The position numbers and the translations under genes are program-made. From positions 6,980 through 70,979 of IMG/VR virus record IMGVR_UViG_3300047335_000079: 64,000 nucleotides of DNA; one strand, 5' to 3'. The stretch comes from a virus. Below are positions 19,562 through 29,074 of the stretch, one piece after another. Positions within the stretch are counted from its first letter, which is position 1, and each line of letters begins with the position of its first letter. The notes beneath the pieces were generated by a model that was given only the letters and a program-made list of their open reading frames with translations, did not search any database and was not told the DNA's origin.

Positions 19562-19634
19562 ACAACCTTGTTTAGTTTATTTGGTATTATCGGAATATGG
19601 CTCCGATAAGTCGCCATAAGCTAAGCAAGGTTGT
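19562..19634. repeat. Long imperfect inverted repeat (hairpin)
   Basis: ACAACCTTGTTTAGTTTAT...TTATCGGA-loop-TCCGATAA...ATAAGCTAAGCAAGGTTGT. Confidence 0.8.
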
Positions 19635-19757
19635 ATCGAGCCTTGAGTGCGTTTAAATTGCGAAGCTGGTCTTTGTAAATAAGATTGAGGTAGTTATCGT
19701 GAAACGCCGTACTCATAATCATCGTCCTCGTGCAAGTGCTCACACGCACGGACAATT

Positions 19758-19937
19758 TCAGCGGCGGTCAAGGTACACCCAAGGTTGCCGAAGTGCTACA
19801 TCCTCAAACTTAAAAGACACGGGGTAGTACGAAGGCTGGTTATTCGCCCAATGCTTGCGGGCGCGCTGACTTTGCGAGACAGCGATGCACTCTTTGTGAG
19901 TTTGAATGCCCAAGAGGCGACGAATGAGCTTAACCAC
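19758..19937 (-). CDS. Hypothetical 59 aa protein
   Basis: Hand translation MVKLIRRLLGIQTHKEC...WVYLDRR*; overlaps the upstream stop. Confidence 0.5.
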   Translation of the reverse strand: MVKLIRRLLGIQTHKECIAVSQSQRARKHWANNQPSYYPVSFKFEDVALRQPWVYLDRR

Positions 19938-20355
19938 AGGCGCGGTGTATACGATCTAACTCATCGAAGTCGTCGTCGAGTCGGTCGTACATTTCTTCAA
20001 GCTCTTTGAGTTCGTACAGAGCCCGCAAGAGAAGCTGCGTCAGTTTTTTGACTTGAAAGCCAGCCTCTTTCCAAACGGCGAGTTCAGACTCATTGAGGTT
20101 GAAGTTTGGGGGTTCCGTAGTTGTCGGCGAATCGGTTGATTTTGTCATACACACTCTTTTTCAGCCTTGAGTCGTTTGGCCGGCGCTCGAATTCTTGGTT
20201 GGGGAGATCGTCGTCGGTGGGTGAGAGGTCAGAGCTTTGAATAGGGTAGTGCTCCCACTCCCCAAAGCGCACGAACCACCCAAACGGGCCTTTGCGATGG
20301 ATTGTACCACGCGCACCCGTCTTTGTCAAGATGACCTCATCACCAACTTGAAAAC

Positions 20356-20526
20356 TCATCGCTCCACCCATGCTAAGCAGTCACAGTGAGTCTTTTCTTT
20401 TGTAAAGTCATCAACGCGGTTGGGGTTGCAGGGGCCTGGCTTTGTTGAAACGCCAAGGCCTCTGCGTCTAAACTCCGCATGCCAGTTTTTAGGGTGACCA
20501 CAAACGCCGCAACGCTTTGATTTCAT
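20356..20526 (-). CDS. Small CxxCGH...H...C...CxC Zn-binding protein
   Basis: MKSKRCGVCGHPKNWH...GPC...HCDC; ATGA overlaps at both ends. Confidence 0.65.
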   Translation of the reverse strand: MKSKRCGVCGHPKNWHAEFRRRGLGVSTKPGPCNPNRVDDFTKEKTHCDCLAWVER

Positions 20527-21548
20527 GACTTCTCCAGCAGGGCGAGAACGATGCCAAACGCCGTTTCTTGGCCGTGAAGAAACGAACCAGCCTGCGCTAA
20601 GGGATTTTTCTCGGCCTCGTCGCGCAACGCTTCGATCTTCTCTCGGAGCGACGACCGTTGGGCTTCCAACCCGGCAGCACGCTTGCGGAGGTGGTCGTTG
20701 TCACGCACCAGCATCGCGCAAGTGATTTCAGAGCGAAGCGGATTGTCGCACCGCTCAGCCTCGGCTTCGTCGGCGAGCGCAATCTGAATCTCGACGACGG
20801 CCGCGCGCATACCGCCGCGACGGACCGGGTTCGTCGCTTCATTGGCGTCGGCAAGAACATCGTCAACGGCATCTGTCACGCGCGCAATCTTGGCGTTCGC
20901 TTCGGCGAGAGCGTCCCGTAAGTCGCGGATGAGGCGCATATCGGCCTCGCCGCCCTCCGGGTAGCCGTCCTCCGATACGATGTACTCGCCGCGCAATATG
21001 CGCTCCGCTCTCGCGATGAGCCCTGGTGTCTGCTCGCGCAACAGGCGCAGTTGTTCGAGCTCTTCTCGATTTTCTTCGACTGCTCTCGCGCGGGCTTCCT
21101 CGACACCCTTGGCTCCGCCAGGAATCGCGGCGATAAGAGCATCAGTCCGTGCGATTTCTTTTTTTAGCCAGGATGGAGCCGCCTCGTTGGAGCCTCGGGC
21201 GGCGAGCGATGTTGTGGAATCCACAAGGCCCTTGTTAGAGCCCTCCAACGGTTGATGCGCCAGCCATCCGCCACTCATCTGGGAAAGGCACTCCACGTTG
21301 CCCTCGCTATCGACGGCATGTGTGCCGCCGCACCAACCTTCGTGAACCGCCATCTTCACACAGCAACGGGCGTTCGCTTCGGCGAGAGCGCGCTTGGCAA
21401 AGATGAGCGCACCTTCGGACAGTACGAGCGCGTCCCGTAAGTCGCAGACCATTCGGCGCGCGAACTCTTGGTCGATACGGTTGCCGTAGCCTATCAGCCC
21501 GACGAAGTGGTCCGCTCTCGCGATGAGGTCGGCGTGGTCTTTGCTCAT
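20523..21548 (-). CDS. Mosaic coiled-coil early protein with an internal duplication
   Basis: LIARA...DLRDAL...AEANA occurs twice with DNA-level identity; start MSKDHAD overlaps the GNAT stop. Confidence 0.6.
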   Translation of the reverse strand: MSKDHADLIARADHFVGLIGYGNRIDQEFARRMVCDLRDALVLSEGALIFAKRALAEANARCCVKMAVHEGWCGGTHAVDSEGNVECLSQMSGGWLAHQPLEGSNKGLVDSTTSLAARGSNEAAPSWLKKEIARTDALIAAIPGGAKGVEEARARAVEENREELEQLRLLREQTPGLIARAERILRGEYIVSEDGYPEGGEADMRLIRDLRDALAEANAKIARVTDAVDDVLADANEATNPVRRGGMRAAVVEIQIALADEAEAERCDNPLRSEITCAMLVRDNDHLRKRAAGLEAQRSSLREKIEALRDEAEKNPLAQAGSFLHGQETAFGIVLALLEKS

Positions 21549-22000
21549 TCTAAGTTCGTTTCTTTGAAGAGAGTGGCCGTGAATTCCCCCGAGCGCCGGG
21601 TGCGCGTGAGTGTCTGCACCGGTTTTAAGTTGTTCTTCACGCAGATGCGCTGAGAGGGGGCGTTGTCGTCGGCGACGATGGCCTCGTACTCTTGGCCCAT
21701 GCGGGCGAGGCACGAAATCTTGAAGTTAAGCACGTCTGTGCCATAGCCCTTATTTCGGTGATCGCGCGAGGTGACGGTAATGGAGTGTTCAACTTTAAAG
21801 TCTTTGCCAGTGATCTTCGCCAGCGAAAGAGCGAGCGGTGCTCCGTGGTCCACCTCGCGCACAACAGCGATGTACGAAGCATCGGGGTGTGCATAGAAGT
21901 CAAACGCACTCTGCGTGATGCGACGATCACCGTTGGCGCGAAGGAAATCCAAATAGCCCTGCGGCAGAGGGGTGTCCCAGATGTACACAGCTAGACTCAT
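21545..22000 (-). CDS. GNAT acetyltransferase
   Basis: VTSRDHRNKGYGT (motif A) and DNAPSQRI (motif B). Confidence 0.85.
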   Translation of the reverse strand: MSLAVYIWDTPLPQGYLDFLRANGDRRITQSAFDFYAHPDASYIAVVREVDHGAPLALSLAKITGKDFKVEHSITVTSRDHRNKGYGTDVLNFKISCLARMGQEYEAIVADDNAPSQRICVKNNLKPVQTLTRTRRSGEFTATLFKETNLE

Positions 22001-22323
22001 GCGAGCATCCTTGCAACGATGTTGTCGTAGGGCTCGTTGTCGATGCCGTCCTCTGCGTCCATCATCGCCTCCAAGTTACGCCGCTGTTGAACTTTTGCGC
22101 GCATCTGAGCACGCACTTTAATGCCTCGCGCGACGGCCTCTTTTGCTACCTGCTGGCGGCGCGTGAGAATAGTCACACAGGCCACACACGCGGACTCAAA
22201 AAGCACGGGGTCACCGACTGGACCTAAGGGCTTGCAGGAGGGGAGGCGGCACACGGGGCACTGACGCCAAGTGCGTCCAAAGAGCACGGTGTCGGGCTTG
22301 GTGGGTTTGGTGGCAAAGGGCAT
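21997..22323 (-). CDS. Hypothetical Zn-ribbon protein
   Basis: CPVC...CVAC. Confidence 0.55.
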   Translation of the reverse strand: MPFATKPTKPDTVLFGRTWRQCPVCRLPSCKPLGPVGDPVLFESACVACVTILTRRQQVAKEAVARGIKVRAQMRAKVQQRRNLEAMMDAEDGIDNEPYDNIVARMLA

Positions 22324-23141
22324 TTCTTTTATTGTACCGTATCCTGGGCCATGAGGTCAAGGCCCTTGATTTCAAATTTGAGTGCTTGAAGTGCGAACTT
22401 TTTCGAGCGCGCGGCTTGGTGCCGGGCTTGGTGCTCGACGAGATTGGTGGGGTCGAACGCGATCGCTCGAACGGCGTCGCGCTCGCTTGCCTCATAGCGA
22501 GCAATTTCGCGGTCAATGATGTGCACCACGTCGGCGTACTCGATCATCAGAAGCACACCGAGCAAGAGCAGTGGGTATTGAGCCCGCCCGACGCGAGTGC
22601 GCCTGATCGACAGTAGCGGCTCCCGTAGTGGCTGGGGCCGAAGGTGACCGTGCCTGCGGCCATTTCCTGGCATGACAAGCACGCGGCGGGGGACAGGCAT
22701 TTGACCGTGCCGTCCATGAGCCGCTGGGTGGGGGAGGAGTGGGCCGCACAGTACATATTGTTAGCGATGAAGTTACAGGGGCCTGGGGTGTCATCGACAC
22801 CAAGAAGGTCAAACATACTTTAATCCTCGTGTGGGGTGAAAATGGAGTTGGGTTGGTGCTCGAATTGGTCGATGAGGTAGCGAATCTCCTCGATGCGACC
22901 CGCAAGCAGGCCTGCGCGATACTCGTCGAATTGCTCTTGCTCGCGCCCGCACTCTGTGTGGTTGAACGCCGCGCGCTCGTTGAGTAGCTCACGCTTGCGA
23001 TCGGCGAGGTAGTGGCGCAGGCGTGTGCGAAAGTTGGAAAACGCCGGGCGGTTTACCAAATGGTTGATCGTTTGGTCGGGGGCTCGCACGACTTGGAATG
23101 GTGCGCGTGGTCGGTCGTTCATGGTTTGTCTTTCTCTGAAA

Positions 23142-23218
23142 TGGTATACCCTCAGGGATTTGAACCCTGAACCTCTTGGTCCCAAACCAAGCGCGCTACC
23201 AAATTGCGCCAAGGGTAT
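23142..23218 (-). tRNA. tRNA-Pro(TGG)
   Basis: ATACCCT-TG-GCGC..GCGC-G-CTTGG-TT TGG GA-CCAAG...CAGGG-TTCAAAT-CCCTG-AGGGTAT-A-CCA. Confidence 0.9.
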
Positions 23219-23332
23219 TTATGATGGGGCTTTTCGCGGCCCAGACGCCCCAGCCTGGTTTGCTACTCGTCATACAACAACTTGCGGTAGCCGCGATAAG
23301 GGATGGCAGCCCGTGTCATAGGTGCACAATGA

Positions 23333-23362
23333 TCTTAGCACATTGGACGCGCGGGTGTCAAG
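23333..23362 (-). promoter_or_regulatory. sigma70-type promoter upstream of the tRNA-Pro unit
   Basis: TTGACA-18-TAAGAT with TGTG extension. Confidence 0.7.
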
Positions 23363-23661
23363 CCCCTTTTTTGCGTTCTCTGATACCAGTCAAGCAGGTC
23401 GGCGCGGCCATTAGTGCAGTCGCAGGGCCTTGAACTGTGGCGGGTGACGCCGCCCTTGGTGGTTTCGGTGATCGGTATGCGCTCCATGCAGTAAGAAATT
23501 TTGAGAGTGCTGCCGAGGACCTGGTGGGAGAGCCAAAAGTGGTTGCAGTCGGGGCAGGTAATATCAAGTTTTTGGTAACTTGCGGGCCAGCCGGCGGCAT
23601 TGGTGAACAAGGCCTCGCCGATGACCTCTTTGAGGCCTTGGAAAAAGGACTTGAAGATCAT
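23335..23661 (-). CDS. Zn-binding hypothetical protein
   Basis: CPDCNH...H...C...PCDC. Confidence 0.55.
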   Translation of the reverse strand: MIFKSFFQGLKEVIGEALFTNAAGWPASYQKLDITCPDCNHFWLSHQVLGSTLKISYCMERIPITETTKGGVTRHSSRPCDCTNGRADLLDWYQRTQKRGLTPARPMC

Positions 23662-24103
23662 TGGAAGATGCGTTCGTAGTTGTGGATGAAGTCACCGAGC
23701 ACCATGCACGATGCAACGATGGCCTCGAAAATGAACACGCCCCACATGAGCCGATAGGCAAAGCGGTGGAAGTCCTCAGGTGTGCCCCAGAGGTCCTCAT
23801 CGTCACCTGGCCCGGTCACAGGTATTTTACCGCAAGCACAGCTAAGACGACCGCGATGATCGCGACGACTATGAGTTCAAAGAAGATTTCGCCTTCGTCA
23901 TCAGGTTCCATTACACACCGTGCAGTCGTCGTCGATGTTCCTACCGTGACAGCCGCAATCTGCCTGCGGGCAGTGCACCACGAGAGGGCCGTCCAAGTGA
24001 GGGTCGTCCCAGTCGAGGCAGTCGTCGTCATCAGTCACTTCGAGTACTCCGTGGCGCATGCCAGCGTGGGACAAGTCATAGTTTTCAACTTTCTGGGTAG
24101 AAG

Positions 24104-24445
24104 ATGGGTATGGAACACTTAGCCACCATTGAGGTCATTTTCCAAGCCAAGGACGCAGGCTCTGGGGCTGCTGTCGCCAAGAATATCGCGAAACTCGCTG
24201 TAAACAATGCGGGCACCAATGCGAGACTTGGGAAGGTTGAGGTTCGTGACTACGGTGACGCTCTCCTACCTGAACACCGCACGAAGGTCGGTGGTCCAGA
24301 CGACGCTCCTCGCTTGAGCGATGAGACCCTCGATGCCACCAAGGTTGAAAACACTCCGTCTTGGGACCCCCACCCCCCAGCGGTCGGTGGGGTGGGTTCA
24401 CTGCCTACGGGCCAAGGCCCTGCGGAATCGGGACGACCCGTCTAA
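24104..24445 (+). CDS. Hypothetical protein on the opposite strand to its neighbours
   Basis: 113 aa ORF with protein-like composition, convergent with 24442-24666. Confidence 0.55.
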   Translation: MGMEHLATIEVIFQAKDAGSGAAVAKNIAKLAVNNAGTNARLGKVEVRDYGDALLPEHRTKVGGPDDAPRLSDETLDATKVENTPSWDPHPPAVGGVGSLPTGQGPAESGRPV

Positions 24446-24666
24446 GCCCGATTAGCCAATAGTTCTATCTTATTTATCACACTATCAAGAACTACTTCCA
24501 TTGGTGGCTTCTCACATCCACAATCATGCTCATATCGAATACCACGGGGATCATGAACCCATATATTACATCCAATATGCTCATCTGATCTCTTAGTCTT
24601 TGCAATATGTAAATCAGCCCTATGGCCACAACCACAAACTATATTCTCATACTTACCTAGATTCAC
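24442..24666 (-). CDS. AT-rich CxCGH...H...C...CxC protein
   Basis: CGCGHRADLH...GC...DCGC; visibly lower GC than the flanks. Confidence 0.65.
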   Translation of the reverse strand: MNLGKYENIVCGCGHRADLHIAKTKRSDEHIGCNIWVHDPRGIRYEHDCGCEKPPMEVVLDSVINKIELLANRA

Positions 24667-25030
24667 TTTGAATTACCTACCTTCTCGGTTCCCGCGTTGC
24701 GAACGAGGCTTAAAAGCCAGCGGCGACGGCGGCCCAATCCCGCTGCACAACCAATCGCCGTACACGCCTGGAAAGTCGGCGTGCCATTCATGCGGCATGT
24801 GGTCCATGGGCCATGTGCAGCGTAACTCGGTGGGCTCCTTGCCCGGAGGCTTCTCCGGCCCGCACAGCGCCGCAACCTCTAGCGCCAGCCAGCGCATGGC
24901 CAACGTCATCATAGGGCTGGTCACGGCTATCCCCTGCGCGCACGGATATGCGCCGCTCGGCAAGAGTAGCACCAAATGCCGTCCATGTAACGTGGGCGGC
25001 GTTTGCATTTTGTGCAGTTGAGTTCGTCTT

Positions 25031-25207
25031 TCACTTGGAATACTCCGAGTCGCCACACGCGAGCGTGGGGCAGTAGTGCGTTGCACCATGCGGCAAGGGC
25101 GCACAGTCCGCACCTAGTATAGCAATCACTGCAGACATGCCCAAGGTGATGCCGATCAATGTGCCCATGATGCCTGGTGAGATTCTCACGGGGTATAGTT
25201 TTGACAT
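25031..25207 (-). CDS. 58 aa TM protein ending CPTLACGDSEYSK
   Basis: GGAG RBS; hydrophobic GIMGTLIGITLGMSAVIAILG. Confidence 0.55.
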   Translation of the reverse strand: MSKLYPVRISPGIMGTLIGITLGMSAVIAILGADCAPLPHGATHYCPTLACGDSEYSK

Positions 25208-25251
25208 GGCTCCGTCATTATTTGAGCTTATGCTATTGATTGTGGCAATAC

Positions 25252-25668
25252 TCAGCCATAAATCCGTGGTTGTTTCCTCTTTTCAAGATACGCGGCGGTG
25301 GCCACGTCGAGCTTGTCTTGGTCGAGGATGATTTCGGCAATCTCCTCAAACGGCGTCGGTGGGAAGGCGTCGTTGAGCGCGGCGAGCGCCAACTGCTGGT
25401 CGGTGGTTAGCCCAAGGTAGTCGAGGGCTTCGTCGTTGAGAAAGGCGTCGCCGGCGCTCTGCCAGGGATGAGTAGGGGAGGCGTCGGGCTCGCCGATGTA
25501 GTGCGCGGGGCGAAACTCCCAGCCATCGGGCCTGAAAACGTCACATGCGACACCAAGGCAACAGAACGCGCCATCGCCTGAGCGAAGATAGCCCGAGCCT
25601 TGGGTATAGCGGCGCGAAAGCAGGGCCTGTGCCCAAGCCTCGCGGCGGAGTTGAATTTCGTGCGTCAT
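25252..25668 (-). CDS. Conserved phage hypothetical protein
   Basis: W..AL.S..Y.QG.G.L....FCCLGVACD...LND...FEEIA..I pattern. Confidence 0.75.
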   Translation of the reverse strand: MTHEIQLRREAWAQALLSRRYTQGSGYLRSGDGAFCCLGVACDVFRPDGWEFRPAHYIGEPDASPTHPWQSAGDAFLNDEALDYLGLTTDQQLALAALNDAFPPTPFEEIAEIILDQDKLDVATAAYLEKRKQPRIYG

Positions 25669-26126
25669 TCCTGATTCCTCGCGGCGCGCTCGGGCTGTTC
25701 GTAGTGACCAAAGTCAATCATGCGACTTTCAACTGTGAGCGGGCTATTGTGAACGGCGGTCTTGATGAGACACGCCGCAGGCACACGGAGCAGTCCGACG
25801 CGCGTTGAGCCTAACGGCGCGAGATCGAGGCGAATGGTGACGTTGGTGCGTCCGAACTTGATAACGACGCCAGTCTGTCCGTGGTAGCGGCTATCGGAGC
25901 GGGGTCCAAGGTTGACGCGAACGCGATCACCGATCTGCAACGCCGCCATAGCGAGAGTTGAATCGGCGGCTCGCTTGTCTTTGATGGTTCGCACAACGTC
26001 GCGGTTGAGTCGAACAAGATGGTCCAGACTCATATTGTGAAGCAGTGCGGCGGCTTGAATGTAGGTTGAGACTGAACTCCGGCTCGCTTCGGTGGTTGTA
26101 GCTTGGCGAGTTTCGGTGGGTGGCAT
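25665..26126 (-). CDS. KOW/SH3-like small protein
   Basis: LQIGDRVRVN...YHGQTGVVIK. Confidence 0.55.
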   Translation of the reverse strand: MPPTETRQATTTEASRSSVSTYIQAAALLHNMSLDHLVRLNRDVVRTIKDKRAADSTLAMAALQIGDRVRVNLGPRSDSRYHGQTGVVIKFGRTNVTIRLDLAPLGSTRVGLLRVPAACLIKTAVHNSPLTVESRMIDFGHYEQPERAARNQE

Positions 26127-27965
26127 TTCTTTAGTCCTCAATTTGGGGTTTGTAGCCATCGGGTGGGATGACGTAGGCGATAGCGGAAAATGGAATGAGC
26201 ACTTGCTCGCGGTCTTGGTAGCCGTACTTGAAAAGCACGCAGTCGTCAGCGAGTTCTTCAACTTTGCCGTAGAACTGCGTGTGTCCGACGTTGATTACGA
26301 AGCCATTGTTGGCAAGGTCGCGGGTTTTGTAGTCCCAGAGGCGACGATGAAGATCATACGGGCGGGGCATCTTTTAGTCCTCAGTTTCAGGTTTGTAGCA
26401 GTTGGGGTTGGTTTGGACCATTTTTACTCGTGCCGCGTTTACTCGTGCCGCGCTCGTTGCTCGTTTGATATCGAACGCGGCTTGGCACCGTGTATCATAT
26501 TCGTCCGTGCCTCGACGCGGGTCGAAGTCGCAGGCACACTTGGAATTGCCCTCGGGCACCCCGTAGTGCCAATCACAGAGCCACAGGTCGGCGGCGTCCG
26601 CGAGCGAAACACCAGGGTAGGTGGTTTGGATGAAACTCACCGAGAGTTCTTTTGGGGTCATGGTGTACTCGGTCATGAGGCGCGCCTGGGTTTCGGGTCC
26701 CACGCGCCGTGGTCGATTTCGTACTGCGGGTCGAGGGGATAGCCGCAGCCCTCACAGGTGATGTACTCCCCTTCTTGGAAGTTGTGAATATCCGCTTGCG
26801 TCCGAGGGGTGGCAAACGACTCGGAATAATACGCGGCGTAACACGCCGGGCAGGCCATTTCGCCTATAAACTCGTTGTCACTCTCGAACTCGTAGGCAAC
26901 GATGGTTGCTTCAGTAATCATAAATCTTCTCCGGTAAGTGCGTCATGCACGGTGCATCGCACGTTTTGTGCGAGAGTTGGGAACTGTGCACACTGATAGA
27001 TAGCGGGCACCAGCCGGTCGGCGACTTGAATCCCAAGTTCGAGAAAGGCGAGTGCGAGGACGAGGATTTTTAAGTTTCGCATTAGTCGGGGTGCCCCGCG
27101 TTCATGCGGGCTTCGATTTCTTCGAGGATCAGGTCTTGGAAGGTTGCACTTAATGTGCACTCTTGGAGGTAGAGTTCAATAAGGTCACTGTTGGAGATAT
27201 TCTTGACGTAGCGCAAGAGCATTACTTCGGCTGGGTGCATTTATCCTCCGTCATTTTACGAATCTGATCTTTAAGTTCTTTAAGTTCTTTGAGTGCCAGC
27301 CGATGCTCTACAATGAGTTTATCAAGGGCCATCCGATGCTCTACAATGAGTTTATCAAGGGCCCTGTCTGTCTCATCTGAAGCCGTATAGTGGTACTCGC
27401 CACGGGCTACAAGGCCACGCTCTTTGGTGAGGGCATGGCGGACTTTATCACCGCCGAGTTGGTGGCGGAATTCGGTGATGGTCATTTAGGCCTCCGTCGT
27501 TTTGGTGAGTACGACGCCGCGCTCGAAAGGCTGTTCAATGACCACAACGTCAACGAGCGGGTACAGCCATTCGGTGTTAGCGACGACGACTGCATCCTCG
27601 GGACTGCTAGCGATCACCGCCTGTTGTACATAGTCCCGCCCGATCGGGGTGCGGGCTTCGATGAAATAGAGTGTCATTTAGTCGTATACTTCCACTTCCA
27701 CGTTGAAGGTGTTTTTGGCGGGGTTATAAATGAGCCCCGCGACGTGTACAGCGCGCGGACAATGACCGTCGTAAATTTTAACGAGGAGCTCGGTGTTGTC
27801 CGGGTCGTCAATTTGAGCGAGTTGGTGGCGGAATTCGGTGACGGTCATTTTACTTTGCACCTTGTTCGTAGACGACGTATTCGCCATAGGCGGTGAGTTT
27901 ACCACACGCCAGGCAAGAGATTACTTTGGGCGCGATCACGACGAGACCGCAGTGAGTGCATCGGG

Positions 27966-28166
27966 TCATTTGAGTTCCTCTTCTTTGATGCCGCGAATAC
28001 GCGCGGCGTGTTTGTAGTCAGCCTCGATCATTTCGACGATCAGACTTGAAATGGAGTCGCCAGAGACTTTAGATATGAAGGCGAGCTTGGCAAAGAGCGC
28101 GGAATCCAGCCGGAGCGGGAAGTCCTTGCGCTCGATGCCTTGCGCCTTGAACTCAGATCGTGCCAT
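27966..28166 (-). CDS. Arc/MetJ-like ribbon-helix-helix DNA-binding protein
   Basis: KDFPLRLDSALFAKL...SISSLIVEMIE. Confidence 0.75.
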   Translation of the reverse strand: MARSEFKAQGIERKDFPLRLDSALFAKLAFISKVSGDSISSLIVEMIEADYKHAARIRGIKEEELK

Positions 28167-29074
28167 TAGTCGTCATGCCCAAAGGGCAGTGAGTTAATTG
28201 CATCAACTTGAGCGTCGATGGGTAAGCCGGATTTGTACATGATTTCATGTACTGCGTCCATGAGCCGGGCGTTGGACGGGCGTTCGTCGCGCAAGCGTCC
28301 GGCCTGCGAGCGGGCTCCCAGGGGAGTCAGCCGCCCGTAGGTCTTGGCTTTTTGTGCGTGACGCTGGCGACGCCGGGCCCAACGATCACACTTCTTGCAG
28401 AAGCGGTCGTTTGCGATGCCGTGGTCACACGAGGTCAGGAACTTATTGGTTCGCGCCTGCCATTGTGCGAAGGTTTCAAGTGTGCCCGCTTGCGCGGTCA
28501 ACTTAGACCCACCCGCCCAATACAGGGGCTCGAACGCGGAGTGGTTGGAGTACCAATTGCCGTCGCGCTTTACGCCCGCCTTATCGTTGAAGATGATCGT
28601 TGTGCCGTCTACGTCCATGATGACGAACTTGGATGCCTCTTTCTTGGCATAGGCATCGACGTGCGCGATGAACTCTTCGTTTTGGAGGATGCCGGGTGCG
28701 GCTTCGAGCAGTGGTTCAAGTGAGCGAGCGTAGTGCCAAGTGTCACTCATCGAGGAGTCAATGTCACACTTGACCTCGCGCAGGATGCCGTTATGAAACA
28801 GCAGTGTGCCGGGCCTGACCGTAAACGGGTGGGTGTTTTTCAAGTTGATACTACCCGCCGTTGCGATTCGTGCGTGGAACACGATTTCAGTCGCACCTTG
28901 GGTTTTGTAGTGCGCCATTTCAGAGAGCAGCTTGTCCGTGGAGAAGCCCCGGGAGACTGCAATCCCGCCGTTGACACGCGCGGCTAGGCCCCACCCATGC
29001 GGGTTGGAGGAATTAGCGCGGCGGAGTTGATCGTCGGGGATGTTGGCGGTCGGGGATACGATGATGATGCAGAT
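28166..29074 (-). CDS. Class II (Ntn) glutamine amidotransferase, ATC start
   Basis: AGGAG-9nt-ATC TGC ATC ATC ATC gives (M)CIII...NPHGGG...FHARIATAG...NTHPF...FHNG...SDT; in frame with the track ORF 28166-28918. Confidence 0.85.
   Translation of the reverse strand: MCIIIVSPTANIPDDQLRRANSSNPHGWGLAARVNGGIAVSRGFSTDKLLSEMAHYKTQGATEIVFHARIATAGSINLKNTHPFTVRPGTLLFHNGILREVKCDIDSSMSDTWHYARSLEPLLEAAPGILQNEEFIAHVDAYAKKEASKFVIMDVDGTTIIFNDKAGVKRDGNWYSNHSAFEPLYWAGGSKLTAQAGTLETFAQWQARTNKFLTSCDHGIANDRFCKKCDRWARRRQRHAQKAKTYGRLTPLGARSQAGRLRDERPSNARLMDAVHEIMYKSGLPIDAQVDAINSLPFGHDD

Noticed and set aside
22820-23212. Track ORF start overlapping tRNA-Pro
   Set aside because: The 5' part is the tRNA; the real gene most likely starts at ATG ~23122 (MNDRPR)
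23225-23300. Hammerhead ribozyme resemblance (TGACGAG...GAAA)
   Set aside because: Lacks the C of CUGANGA and the U-H cleavage site; stem II is mismatched
27300-27363. Short in-frame tandem duplications (33 nt here; 15 nt at ~18105 and ~26423; 9 nt at ~18268)
   Set aside because: Ordinary slippage duplications inside coding sequence; no sign of a system
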